Source of the DNA: the human T2T-CHM13v2.0 reference genome, Homo sapiens
Length of the DNA stretch: 64,000 nt
Reading direction: 5' to 3' (one strand)
Assembly (NCBI RefSeq): GCF_009914755.1
Contig: NC_060928.1
Each line of letters starts with the position of its first letter. The stretch's first letter is position 1. The position numbers and the translations under genes are program-made. Shown here in pieces: positions 12,730-26,580 of this stretch. The notes beneath the pieces are model-generated. The model saw only the letters and a program-made list of their open reading frames with translations. It did no database searches and had not been told where the DNA came from.

Positions 12730-13192
12730 TGCAGCAGGACAAGCCACAGACAAAACTCCTCAAACACCGAGTTAAAGAAGGAAGGTCTTTATTCAGCCAG
12801 GAGCTTCGGCAAGACTCACGTCTCCAACAACTGAGCTCTCCAAGTGCGCAATTCCTGTCCCTTTTAAGGGCTCACAACTCTAAGGGGGTCTGCATGAGAA
12901 GGTCGTGATCGATCGAGCAAGCAGGGTATACGTGACTGGGGGCTGCATGCACCGGTAATCAGACAGGAACAGAACAGGACAGGGATTTTCACAGTGCTTT
13001 TCTATACAATATCTGGAATCTACAGATAACATAACTGATTAGGTCAGGGGTCGATCTTTAACTACCAGGCCCAGGGTGTGGTGCCGGGCTGTCTGCCCGT
13101 GTATTTCATTTCTGCCTTTTAGGTTTTACTTCTTCTTTCTTTGGAGGCAGAAATTGGGCATAAGACAATATGAGGGGTGGTCTCCTCCCTTA
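12730..13192 (-). mobile_element. LTR2 (HERV-E/Harlequin) solo LTR with 4 bp TSD
   Basis: Minus strand starts TAAGGGAGGAGACCACCCCTCATATTGTCTTATGCCCAATTTCTGCC, the LTR2 5' end. 463 bp, flanked by TTGC at 12726-12729 and 13193-13196. Confidence 0.9.
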
Positions 13193-13244
13193 TTGCTACT
13201 GACTTTTCTTCTGGCTTTGGGTCACATTTTCTAGTTTCCTTTTA

Positions 13245-13830
<586 letters not shown>

Positions 13831-13964
13831 ATCACCAGCAAGTTTTGATTGGACACTGAACACTTATAAATTTTACGTTGTTGAATGCTGGATTTTTAAA
13901 AATCTTCTTGTGAAAAGTGTTGGGCTTTGCTCTGGCAGACAGTTTATTTGCAGATCAACATGAT

Positions 13965-14110
13965 CTTTTTTAAAAAATAATTAATTAAAAAATAGAGATG
14001 GGGTCTCTTTATGTTTCCCAAGCTGGTCTCCAGTTCCTGGTCTCAAGCGATCCTCCTACCTTGGCCTCCCGAGGTGCTGGATTACGGGTGTGAGCCTCCG
14101 CGCCCAGCCA
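13965..14110 (-). mobile_element. FLAM / Alu left monomer
   Basis: Single Alu arm flanked by duplicated CATGATCTT. Confidence 0.85.
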
Positions 14111-15525
14111 GCATGATCTTCCTGAGGCTCGTTTTGTGCTTTGGTAGAGCAGGTTCACTGTAGCCTTCGCTCTAGGGCTGTTTTGTCTTCTGGATGAGAC
14201 GCGACCTTTTGGTGTCCACACTGCATGCCCTGGGGTTCGACGAGGAATCTCTGCCCTGGACAGGACTCAGATGTTTCCCAAATCCAGGAATTGTTTCGCT
14301 TGCAGCAACCTGGTCATTCTCTGCCCCACTGTGTGAAATTCCTCTGCGACTACAGGGCTTCATATTTGGTCAAAGACTCCAAGGTACCTGTGCAGTTCGG
14401 CGCTCTTGCTCTGTGGTGCCCCTGCCCCTCTGGTATTCTGCCCAACATGTTCCAGCTGTGCCTGCCTTTCTAGTCACTGTCTCCTGCCTCAGGACGATGC
14501 CACGCTCCCCTTGGGTCTCTCCCCCAACCCCACGCTATCCTTCCGGAAACTGCCTCCAGGAAGGAAGCTGGGGCAATCACAGGCCTCGCCTCGCTTAACT
14601 TGTTCCTTTCTCTTAGTTCTGAGCTCCAGAGTCTGGAAATGGTTGTTTCATACATTTTGTCCAGTTTCCTAGTTGTTGATGGTGGCTGGACAAGTCCAGC
14701 TCCAGTGACTCCAATGCGACCAGGGCTGTCTGTTATTATTTTTTAAAATAATGGATTAACCAGAGGCGATCTTTCAAACCAACTGTGAGATGTCAACCCT
14801 CATCTCTAAGCCACGTACACAAAAATCAAACACTCGGATAATCCCTGGGAGAGAGAGGTCTGACTCAGGTCACGCTACGATGACACAGAGCGACTCTCCC
14901 TAGACATACTCCTTGTCATCGTCACCTCCTGTCCTTAGCATCCTCTGACGAAGGTTCCATTTCTGTCTCCGGCACACGCTGTAACCACAGGGAACTGCTT
15001 TGGAAACAACATTGAAAACGTCCCCTGCAAACACGGTGTGGTGAGACAGGGAGTACAGAACAGAAAACAAACTGTTTTTCATGTTTCTCTTCTTTGTTTT
15101 CTAGAAACAGAACATTTCCTCTGGGAGGAACGAGTCAGGGGCTGGGGAGGGAAGGGGGAGGCAGGGACCACGTAGGAAGGCTCCTGCTCAGCCCCAGGAG
15201 GTGCAGGCGGAGCGGGGCCGGTGCAGTCCTGTTGCCGGGATGAGGACCCAGTCTCCGCAGCCAGCACTTGCTGCATGCTTGCTCTGTGCCATGCACCAGA
15301 CCCAAAGCGGGGCAGCCCACCCCTGCCCTCACGGAGCTCCCTGTGAGGAGGCCTCTGTATGCACCAAGACAGAAGGGTGCAGACTGTGGGGCCTGGAACA
15401 GCCTCGCTGCAGGATGCAGAGGGCGGGTCACGGGAGGGAGCAGGAGGAAGAAGGGAAGGGAGGGAGGGAAGGAGAAAAGGCCCAGAGAGGCAGGGGAAGC
15501 AGAGGCCAGGTGCCCACTTACTCAC

Positions 15526-15709
15526 CGGCAGACGGCACACACGAAGCAGTCGGGGTGGTAGGTCTTGCCCAGCGCCGACACCACCTCACCCTCAATGAAC
15601 TGGTCGCAGCTGAAGCAGCGGGTGCCGTAGAGCCTCTGGTAGTCCAGCGTGCAGATGTACTCGCCCTGCCGCACGAAGAAGCCGCCCTCGGCCAGGTCGC
15701 AGCCACATG
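15526..15709 (-). CDS. ABLIM2: ABLIM2 coding exon (exon 3), end of LIM1 and start of LIM2
   Basis: Acceptor TCCTCCCCCAG|CA and donor CCG|GTGAGT. 184 nt, phase 1-2. Translates (A)CGCDLAEGGFFVRQGEYICTLDYQRLYGTRCFSCDQFIEGEVVSALGKTYHPDCFVCAVC(R), in frame with the flanking exons. Confidence 0.97.
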
Positions 15710-17054
15710 CTGGGGGAGGACGGGCGAGGTGGCGTTAGCGGCAGAGGGGACCATCTCCACGTCCCCCAGGCCCGAGGTGCACCCCCCTCCACACACACAC
15801 CACCACCTGACACAGGCACTGAGGCCTCGGCACACACTTGGGGTGGCTTGCTCAACTCTCGGCGGGCCGGGCTCCTGGGACAGACTCCAGCTCTGGCCCC
15901 TGGCCTGGTGGTGAGTGGACTTTCCTTACAGAAGCTTGGGAAAGGGCACTGACCGGGACAAGAGCCAGGCTCTCTTGAGGGGCTGCCCAGCCTCCCACCC
16001 TCGCTAGAGTGCCCCCAGCCTCTGTGACCCCGCCAGGGATGGTCCCTGAGCCCCTGCTGTCCTCCAGTGGGCTGTTTCCAGCACTGGGCATACAGATCAG
16101 GAAGGGGCTAATGCCTGATCACCTACTGTGTGCTAGACTCTGTGCTGGGGGCCGAAGGTTCCCAGGAGGACAGACCAGGTCCTTGTGGTCGGTGCCTCCA
16201 GCCCACCTCTAGGCTTCCCACCCCCTCCCCCACTCCTCTGGGTCTCCATGCCCTCATGGCCCTCGACGCCTGTCTCCCCACAGTGTGAACAAGGCCAGAC
16301 CTGCAGGAGGAGAGAGCCTGTGGACTCCTGAAAGGGAAGCACTTTGTCTCTTTTCCCAACACACACCCGGCCCAGGAAGCTGAAGCCCTGGAGCTCCATG
16401 GAGGGCTGAGGGATCTCTGCCAGGTAGGGAAGGGAACACTCGCCCTCAGGACAACTTGCTGGTCACCACCAGCTCAGAGGCCCCCAGTCCATGTCCTGAG
16501 ACCCGATCGCATTCCTCCCACAAGCTTCCCCTCCAGTGCCCAGGCCATGCATGGTTTCAGAGGGAGCAGCCCACAGCCTCCCCTGACCCAGCTGGCCCAG
16601 GCCCTCCCTGCTAGAGTCACAGAGGAACCCCCTGCAGCCCCAGCCCCTCTGGCCTGGTCAGTCCTGGGTCCTGCCTGCTGGGTCAATGCAGCTTACAGCC
16701 ACCAAGGAAGGGCTTTGAGAAACCATGTAGCCCTCATACATTTTAAACCTGACATCTAAAAGTTTTCATCACAATGTTAATTGCTTGCAAAGGACGTCGT
16801 TTCTGCACATTGTGAATATGGGCACCTTTAAAGTTAACTGTTACATCATTCCTTTGAGGGCATCCAGTGGGATATCGAGGCCAAAGCAAGACCCTCAACA
16901 TTTGCCTACAAAACCCCCAACAGAGCTCTGGGAACAAACTGGCTGGAAGCACCAGAGTGGCTGGAACGCCTACATTCCAGGGTTTACTTGTCTCCATTTC
17001 TCCAAAGAGATGTTAGCTCTTCTGATATGGTGAGACGTCAACCGAGCAGCTTAG

Positions 17055-17170
17055 ATTCCAGATGCCGGAGCTGCCGGGATTCGAATCCCAGCTCTACCCG
17101 CGTAGTGTGCTGTGTGTCCCTGGGCAAGTTCCTTAACCTCTCTGGGCCTCCTTGTCCTCATCTAGCACAC
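17055..17170 (+). mobile_element. MIR fragment
   Basis: GGATTCGAATCCCAGCTCTAC...TGTGTGTCCCTGGGCAAGTTCCTTAACCTCTCTG. Confidence 0.7.
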
Positions 17171-17990
17171 AGAACCTACTTCAGAGGGGTACACGGCAGC
17201 ACAGATGAGCATCCCGTGAGCCAGTGCGATGTGAGACCTGAGTCCTGCCTGGCTCAGTGTCGAGGCCCTGGCTGCTGCTCTAATGGCTGCTCCTAAGAGG
17301 CCCAAGGCCAGAGATGCTGATTCTGAATTCTGTCTCAAGGTAAAAATGAAAACTCAGAACGAAATCCCATCTAGATGGTCTGGGAGGGATGAGGGCATGG
17401 TATAAGATGCCTGCACTCGCTCCTCCTGGGCGTTCCGGGGCGTTTATGAGAAACAGCCAAGGACTCCCAGCATCAAAGGGAAGCTCCAGACAGGTGGGCC
17501 TCAGCCCTGGGCCAGGGTGCCCTTGCTCTGCACTCCATGCTCTGGCTCATGAAAATCCAGAAGGAAACCTGGGCTGAGGATGAAAATGCTTTGTCCGATC
17601 TTGCACCATAGCGTAGACCAAGCAAATACATCCCAACTGGGGAGAAGCAGAGACTTGGGGGCCTCACTTTGGAGCATTATAGTATTCTGATGTCAGCGCC
17701 ACCTGCCCCAAGACAGTAGCTGGATGGTGACTGGGCTCACAGCACTCATGGCTCTGGCATTTCTGTATTTCTCTATTCTTCTTAAAGACGTGACGGCGTG
17801 AGCTGTTCCTTGAAGGAGAAACATGTGGCAGTGGTTCTGGTGCCCCACTCCAGTGCTGTGAGTCCACTCCCGGGAGCACCAGGCAAGTGAGCATGTCCAG
17901 CCCCAGCCGTTATCTGGGAGGTTGCTGGTCAGATTCTAGCTGTCCTGAGTATGCCAAGGTCACCACAAGGTGGTTAAAACCCAGACCTCT

Positions 17991-18384
<394 letters not shown>

Positions 18385-18719
18385 TTATATTGCATTTTGC
18401 AATTTATCAAACTAGCACAGACACTGGCAGGAGGCAGGGCAGGTGGGGGTGATGGGAGCACCATCCTTTGGGCACACGCTGTGTTCATTTACGAGAAACA
18501 GGCAGGAGAGGGTGGCGGCTGGGGGGAAAAGATGAATCAACATCACTTTCTGGAATATCATTTGGCACTGACTCTAAGGAATGTGAAAACTTTTCCCGCC
18601 CTTTGACCCAGCAGTCCCTCTCCTGGGATTGTCCCAAGGAAATGACCATGACTGTCACAGAAATTCAGTTGCAACAATGTTCCCTGCATTATGGGTACAG
18701 TAAAATGTTGTAAATAGAT

Positions 18720-18890
18720 GCCTGGGCTTTAGAGTCAGGCAGCCTGGGCTTGAGTCCTTGCTTCTTCCACTTCCCAGCTGTGTGACCTTGACCAAGTTAC
18801 TTACCCTCTCTGAACCTCAGAGTCCTCATGTGTAAAATAGAGTTAGCAATACTGATCTTGCATGGTGGCTGTAAGAAATCAGTGAGATGA
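18720..18890 (+). mobile_element. MIR interrupted by an Alu
   Basis: AGAGTCAGGCAGCCTGGG...TGTGTGACCTTGACCAAGTTACTTACCCTCTCTGAACCTCAG...TGTAAAAT. Confidence 0.8.
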
Positions 18891-18891
18891 A

Positions 18892-19195
<304 letters not shown>

Positions 19196-20419
19196 AAGAA
19201 ATCAATGAGATGAGGTCTAACAAGCTGATTAGCCCAGTGTCTGCCTGGAAATGATGTTGACATCCAACAGTGCAAGAGTGACGACTACATTTACTGTGGG
19301 GCATGCATTGGAAGGAATTTGGGAGGATACTGACATGAATGTGAGGAATCTGCATGGTGAGGAAAGTGCCCACACACTAAATTGAAGCGAACGAATCAGG
19401 TATACGGCATGCCTTCACATTTTAAAGAGACTCAGACCAGGGGAAAGCTGGGAGGAATATACACCCAGATGGGAACAGGGACCACCCAAGGTGCTGTCCA
19501 CCCGCTGCTATTTTTCTATATTGGTGAGTGGAAGACGGAGATGCCAATTCACATCAAAACACAAGAAAACAGAGAACCCCAGGGGCCTGAGTGAGCCTTA
19601 ACCTGGGCGAGGGCTCCAGGGCTGGCCGGGCATCGCAGCTCCGAGTCTTGGCCCAGCCCGGCTCAGGATCCCCTTCTGTGAATAACAGGGGGATGAGGCA
19701 GACGTCATCTGAGATTCCTCCTGCCGGGACTTTCACAACTCTGCCATGTGATCTTGACACTCGTGCCCTGTGCGGCTTAGGCTGTGCGGAACAAGGAGTG
19801 CCCTGGGCCAGGGCCAAGGCCCACCTGTCTAGAGCTTCCCTTTGATGCTGGAGGCCCAGGGCTGTTTCTCATAAACGCCTGGAACGCCCAGGAAGCACGT
19901 GTGCAGGCATCTTGCACCATTCCTTCATTCCTCCCAGACCGCCTAGAACAGGCGGCTATTTATAGTCCCAGATGGATGCATCCTCAGGGACAACTCCACC
20001 TGCCTTACATGCGCAGCTCATGGGCTCTCCTCCCGGACACACGTCCTTCCCTCCCTGCCTGTTTTCTTGGCTCTTGCTAACATTGTGGACTTGCTCAGTT
20101 CCACTTCCAATAGGACCAGAAAATGCCCGCTCTCCCGAGGGCACACATGGGTGTGGCCTCATCTTTTCATCATTGCATTAACAACACATCACAGTTAAAA
20201 CATATTCCCAAAGCACAGAGCTCAGCCACCCTTTGAAGGCCAAGTAAACCAGATTTGTTTTTCCAGGCATTCTGTGCTATGCGTTTGACGTATTTATGTT
20301 CTGCATGTATTCCCATTTGTAGAGTAAGGACAGAGCCAGCTGGATCTCAAAGACATCCAGAATGAGACACCTTCACACCCCTCATCCCAGCCGCCATTGG
20401 CTCCAGCCTAGGTGCCCGC

Positions 20420-20980
20420 ACCTGCCTCTAGCCTCCTCCCGACTCCCACCCTGGCCTCCCTGCACAAGCAAGCACCCAGAGATCCATGGAAACCTACAAG
20501 GATGGAGCAGGACCCTCCTCTGTGTTTCCTTGCTAGTGTCAAAGCCACGGTCTTTGCAGGGATGTAGAGGCTCTATCTCCCTAATCCCCTTGGTCATTCT
20601 GCTTCAGCCACATGGGCCTCCTGCTGTTTCCCAAGCCTGCCTGCTTCCGGGTCTCTGCACTGGCTGTTCCCTCTGGTGGGAATGCTCTTCCCTCATTAAC
20701 TTCCTCACCTCCTTCCACCAGGCTTTGCCCAAAGGTCACCTCCTCCGTGAGGCCCAGCCTGACCACCCAGTTTGCATCTTTCCTTCCCTAGCAGGGCTCA
20801 CTTTCTAGCACATGATGAAATTTGCTTATTTATTCTTTATCATGTTTATTATCTGTCTCCTTGCATTAGAACTGGTCCCCATCCCCATAACGGGATGTCT
20901 GTCTTGTTCATGGCTATCTCCCAAATACCCTGAACAGTGCCTGGCACATAGTAGGTGCTCAATAAATAGTTATTGAATGA
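20420..20980 (+). mobile_element. L2 3' end
   Basis: Ends AACAGTGCCTGGCACATAGTAGGTGCTCAATAAATAGTTATTGAATGA, the typical L2 tail. Confidence 0.8.
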
Positions 20981-23900
20981 CTTTTACTTAGAAAAACTGG
21001 GTTGAGACACCTGCCTAAGATCCACATGAGCTGTGGGTGGCAGAGGTGGAATTCGAATGCCCAAGCCTGGGGCAGCCACGGACAAGAGGATAATCATATG
21101 ATTTCACAGATTTTCCCAGGTAAACTGAGGCACAAGTAAGTGCCTGGGTAGTGGGAACCCAACACAGTAGGAGCTCTTGAATTGTCTTCCCTGCTAACAG
21201 ATCCTGCTTTGGCTCAACTGGTAATGTGCCCACCTGAGGACGGCCATGATTGGGCTAAGTCAGCCACGAGCCCCCCGTTCCTCTTTGCCGGTGGGGGTGA
21301 ACGTGTGACCGAGTTCTGGCCAATGAGTCATATGGGGAGTCTATGGGGACTTCAGGAAAGGGTTCTCCTCCCTAATGAGAGGGAGGGTTATGCGAGGAGA
21401 CAGGCTTTGCCTGTGCACATCTCCAGGCTGCATGCCATGCGGTGAGAACGTGATGTTGGAGCAACGGCAGCCATCTGAGACCATGAGGAGAGGCACTGCT
21501 GACACGCACAGGGTGCAGTGTGGGAGAGGGAACATTTGGGCATCCATCATGACCCTGGTGAGTTGTTTAATTAGCCAGCCCTGGGGTAGGGGTGTGGGGC
21601 TACCTCCAGACTTCGTGTTAAGATGACAAATATCCATGTTGGATATTTATGAGTTGGGTCTTCTTTTTATTCATCCCAAAGCACCCTCAATGATTCATAC
21701 GCTGCACTCTCATGAGAGCCTGGAGAGAAGATTAATGCAAGACTGCAAGGTCCTCATGCTTAAACAAGTGCAGCTCATTTGAAAGCTTGCAGGAAATCGT
21801 AGTTACTCCATGCCATTCTCCAGCACAGAGGCCACCCACTGAAGGCAGAGCTTTCCCAGGAGAAGGGGTGGTCACTGCCCTGGCTGCCACATCTGCAGGG
21901 CCAACAGGCCTGGCACAGGTGCCTGGCACAGAGTGAGACTCTAACTGGCTGTGGGTGGGTATGTGGTGGATCTTGGCACTGGGCCTGCCCTCAGACCCCT
22001 GCTACTGCTGGAGTCCATGGTCACTAATCATCTTGGGTGATGGAGTGTGAGTCCCCAGCCCTGGGTCAGCCTGCCATTGACACTGTCTCATCCCATCGCC
22101 TGTCGCTGGCGAGGAAGAGGTTATGGTTATTCCCACATCCACTGAAGGAGGCTGAAATGGCCTGCCCAGGTGACAGAGGAGGGGGACCCGGGGCAGTTTC
22201 CGCCAGCTATGAGTCCGCTGGGTCACAGGAGGTGATGAGCTTGACTCGGGTCTGATGCATTTTGCTGCATGCCCAAGGTCTGTGCTTATGGAAATCCTTT
22301 CAAATAAAGTGCAAGCTTCCCCTTTGTCTTTTAAAATAGGCTTTTAAAAAGAGGCATCTAATGGATTTTGCTTTCCAGAAATGTGGCAAATGTATCTTCA
22401 GGGAGAGCTGAAAAAATTGCACCAGCTAAATCCCACGATGCCCTGGAAAGCCCTAATGAAAAGCATGAAATCCACTAGCTGCAGGGAGAGAAAGGCCAGG
22501 GTGGAGGCCACCCCTTCTCCCAGGCAATCGCTCCCTGGCGCTGACACGCCCCCTTTGCTTTGCAGCCTGGGCGGGGGATCCCGAGGCTCAGGAAGGCAGG
22601 TGGACCACCTGCTTGTTTTTGGAAATGTGGGAGGATGGAGGCCGGCCACACTCACACCCACAGCTCGTGCACTCACTCCCAGAAAACAAATCCTTCCCCG
22701 CGTGTGCCGGAGAGCGTGCTGTTCACTTCGTTGTTCTTCCAAAGTAGCCCCCAGAACTGCCATCCTGGGGGTGTCCCTGGGTCCCCCCATGAGGACTGGG
22801 CTTCACGCTGCCTTTGTCAGGGCAGTGGTATTGGGGTACCTGGGATGCCAGGGTGCTATGGGGAGAATTCACTGAGGGCTGAGCCAGGCTGTGGATGTAC
22901 AGGGAATCCCTGGATCCAGGTGATTCTTGGGGCATCAAGTGCCCCCAGTGATGTCCCTGATAGTCACCCACGTCCTTGGACAGAGTCTCAGCATCTCTGA
23001 AGGTCGGGGCTGGGGTCTGCCTTAGCCCAAGGGATTCAGGGCACTCCCACTCCTGCCAGAAATGGTGCAGCCCCCTTGGGGTCCCAGGGCCAGTGGAGAG
23101 CTGGCTGAGCTCAGCGTCTTCCCTAAGTCACCGACCCCCTGCAGGGCTCCAAGTGCCGCGCTGTGGCCTCTGACCTCCTCCAGGGCCAGCGGCACCAGGG
23201 TCGGTTCTCAGATGGTCCCCTTTTAGCAGCAGAAGACTCTAGACCATTGGTTTTCAAGCTTCCTTTTCAAGCAACAGGACTCTACACACAGTCTTTAGAC
23301 TGCGCCTGCAGACATGAACCGGACTAGTGGACAATGTCTGCACTCCGATGGGCAGCACTGGAGACAGCACCTGCTCCCCTCCTGCTCCCACTCACACCCA
23401 GGAGACCCTCAAGGCGCCTCCACAGAAACCCAGGAGGGAAGACCCTGGCCCAGGGCTGCAGACACGCCTGGAATGCAAACCCTGGGCAAGCTCCTCGCGC
23501 TTCCAGACCTCAGTGTCCCTCTTTCTGAAACACAGTCACATGTCTCCCTGGGCTGCTGGCGTCGGGAGGATTCCCTTCTGTCTGGAGCAGCCTTGCTTCT
23601 GCCAGGCAGATTTCTACTCCCGAGGTTCTAGCCAGCACGCCACCTCCTCTGCGAAGTCCTTTCTGGAGTCTTCGAAATCCTTCCCTGTGGGCATCCCCCC
23701 CTACACACATATACTTGGTTTTTACTATAAAAAGCCACCTTTTCAAATCGTATTGCACACCTTACCTAACATTATCTCCCTCAGCAGACAGCGAATGTGT
23801 CCATGCTAAAGCTTGCGCCTTCCTGGTCTTTAGAACATTCAAGAGCCTGGCGCACAGCAGGGCCTCCTAGAGCCTTTGTGGAGCGGATGAATGCAGCCCG

Positions 23901-24227
23901 CAGCCATTGGATGGGGGCCGTGCAACGCCTGATGAAAATCATCATGCTCAATTATCGGCTTGTGGCACATTTCCTAGTTTTGTTTGCCCAGAAAAAAGCA
24001 AACCGTCAGCGCACTAGGGTTCATCGAGGGTCGTTATGGTTAAGCGAGTGTGAATCTCCAAATGGCCCAGGGGGCCGTCATACCGAACCCGCAGAAGGCA
24101 GGCAGGCACGGGGCCGCACACCGCAGCAGGGATTTGCAGTGTCCTTAATGTGATTCCTTTAAAACTGCAAACTCCTCGGGTCGACATCCATCAAATTGGT
24201 TTGATTTGCACATCCCTTCCTCCAGTG

Positions 24228-24248
24228 CTATTTTTAATCTATTTTTAG
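24228..24248. promoter_or_regulatory. Tandem MEF2 consensus sites
   Basis: CTATTTTTAA (24228-24237) and CTATTTTTAG (24239-24248) both fit YTA(W)4TAR. Confidence 0.5.
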
Positions 24249-24918
24249 AAAATTAGCAACGGCACATGCGTTATCTTTGTATAGGAAGGAGGAACAGGCT
24301 GGAGGGAGACTCGGCACGGGCCATCTCCGTTGGCCGGGCCCGGTTGGTGGGGCCTCACGTGATTTTTTTTTTGTTTTCCTTTTTTCTCAACTTTTCAGGA
24401 TGATTGGAATTTAGTAGATTATTTACATTATTGGTTTATAGTCATAGAGAAATTGAAGTGATTTTAGTCTGGAGTAATGGTAGTGTTCGCAGTGCTACTT
24501 CGGGTGGGGGTCCCCGCGTGCCTGGGATCCAGCAAAGGTCCCGCGTGTCCCCCACTACTGAGTTCATGCGGCTGACCATGACCGTTTATTTACCTGTGTG
24601 GCTACAGTGCTCAGGTGGCCACCTTCCTCTGGCCGCAGGACCAGAATTCTCTGAGGCTGGGTGCAGCCACACGAGGACACCCCTAGGGACCTGGACCCTC
24701 ATCCCCTGACCCTCCCCAATCTGGCGATTTCTCCATCACATCCACAAGTGACAAGGCTATGTTGAAAAGATCCCACTCTCCTCTGAAGATTCTGTATCTG
24801 GAGTGTTCTCCAGTATCCCAGGCCCAGGCAGAGCTTCCCAGGAGGCTTTGCGGGCCCAGGATCGCCGCTGGGAGGCCCGTTTCAGGGGCCACACTGCAGG
24901 GGACCGGGGGACACTCAC

Positions 24919-25062
24919 CTTTACAGACGAAGCACTTGATGTGGAAGTACTTGTCCTGCACCCGCAGCACCTCGCCCTTGCACACATTCCCACACGTGTT
25001 GCACAGGATCGCCGTGCTGGGCGACTTCTCCAGCGGGCTGGGAGCAGCCTGGGGCTGCGACA
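24919..25062 (-). CDS. ABLIM2: ABLIM2 coding exon (exon 2 of canonical isoform), N-terminal half of LIM1
   Basis: Acceptor TTCTCTCTTTCCCAACAG|TG and donor AAAG|GTGAGT. 144 nt, phase 1-1. Translates (V)SQPQAAPSPLEKSPSTAILCNTCGNVCKGEVLRVQDKYFHIKCFVCK, with LIM C-x2-C...H-x2-C-x2-C spacing, matching the recalled ABLIM2 N-terminus. Confidence 0.97.
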
Positions 25063-26099
25063 CTGTTGGGAAAGAGAGAAGAGCAGCGTTCAAGGGTGGA
25101 TGTGTGAGGCACAAAGGTGAGCAAAGCAGGCGTGTGAGGACGCACAGCTGACCCTGCCAGCGGGCCCCGCACCCACCAGCACGAGCCGCACGGGGCATCG
25201 GGGTCGGTCTGTTGTCTCCTTTTGCCTGGGGACCCACAGGAGTCAGATTATGCAGGGGTTAGGGGCCAGAGGGAGAAGGTCATCTGGTCAAGCCCCAGTG
25301 TGGGCTCCTGTCTACAGTAGCCCCATGCAGGGAGGGGCCCGTGCTTCTCATCCACATGCACAACTGCGGCAATGAGGCCATCACCTCCCCACCTGGAAGA
25401 TGGCCCAACCACTGCTGCCTTAACCTGGCACGACCTTACCCTCAGGGGTCTCAGGGACAAGGCACCCCTCTGTGAGCTCAGTAACCCTCAGCAGCAGGGA
25501 CCAACATCCTCTCTTCTGCCAGTACAGCAGCCACGGTCCTCAGGGGAGCTCACTTCAAATTTCCTCTGGGTCCTGGGACATGGAGCTGAATATTGCTGCG
25601 GTCCCCTTAAATCTCCCTTAAAGCCACCACAGTACAGGACATTTAAGGAGTGGATGGATGGACAGGTCAGGATGGATGGTCACAGGGCCTGACTGTGGGG
25701 CTCCCGGGGACCGGGCAGGGGGACACACTCCTCATCCCCATCTTCCCAAAGCATCTGCAGAGACCAGCGCCCAGGACAGAGGGCCACGGCCCAGAAGCCT
25801 CAGGTCTGCCCTTTGAGGGGCTCCCAGTGGGCATTAGGGATGGCCAGGTGAGCAACAGTGACCACCAGGTGGCCGAGCTGGCATCGCTTTGAAGCTTGAG
25901 GAGGACTTGGTAGATGGAGGTGCAGGATCTGGATGTGGAGCTCTGGCAGGCACAGAGCCAGCCACACAGGACCCGGGCAGGACCCAGCTGCCCGGACAAG
26001 TGGAGGCAAGTGCTGGCCTGTGAGAGTGAATCAGCGTGGGGACTGAAGGCTCAGACCCCAGGGCAGGCACAGGCGGTGGGCAGGAGGTTCTGTAGCTAG

Positions 26100-26580
26100 T
26101 GCTGCAGTCGGCAGAACAATGCTCCCAAGATGTCCCCTTTCTAATCCCCGGAACCTGTGCATATGCTTTCTGACATGGCCAGAGGGGCTTGCAGTTGTGA
26201 CTAAGTTAAGGGCTTCGATGGGATATGATGTGATCGTCTAGCTGAGCCCAACATCATCACGGGGGCCTTAAAATCAGATCATTATGCGGCTGTGGCCAGA
26301 GGGAGGCGTGACTGTGGAAGAAGGTCAGGGAGATGACACATTGCTGGCTTTGAAGGCAGAGGAAGGGGCCACAAGCCAAGGAATGTGGGAGCCTTGGGAA
26401 CTAGAAAAGGCAAGGAAAGGATTCTCCTCCAGAGTCCTCAGAAGAAACCAGCCCTTCTCACACCTTGATTTTAGCCCAGCAAGACCTGGTGGGCACCGTG
26501 ACCTCTGGAACTGGAAGCTAATAAACTTGTGTTGTATTCAGTTTGTGGTCACTTGTTACAGAAGCCAGGGAAGGTAATGC
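26100..26580 (+). mobile_element. MaLR LTR (MLT1D-like)
   Basis: GGCAGAACAATG..CCCAAGATGTCC..CTAATCCCCGGAACCTGTG...CACAAGCCAAGGAATG...TAATAAACTTGTGTTG. Confidence 0.8.

Noticed and set aside
15201-15914. 237 aa plus-strand ORF as an antisense gene
   Set aside because: It overlaps exon 3 in antisense. GC-rich codon usage suppresses antisense stops, the start is GTG, and no domain is recognisable.
23797-24153. 118 aa plus-strand ORF as a microprotein gene
   Set aside because: No recognisable domain, splice structure or promoter. The region is better explained as a non-coding element, though Ribo-seq would be needed to exclude translation fully.
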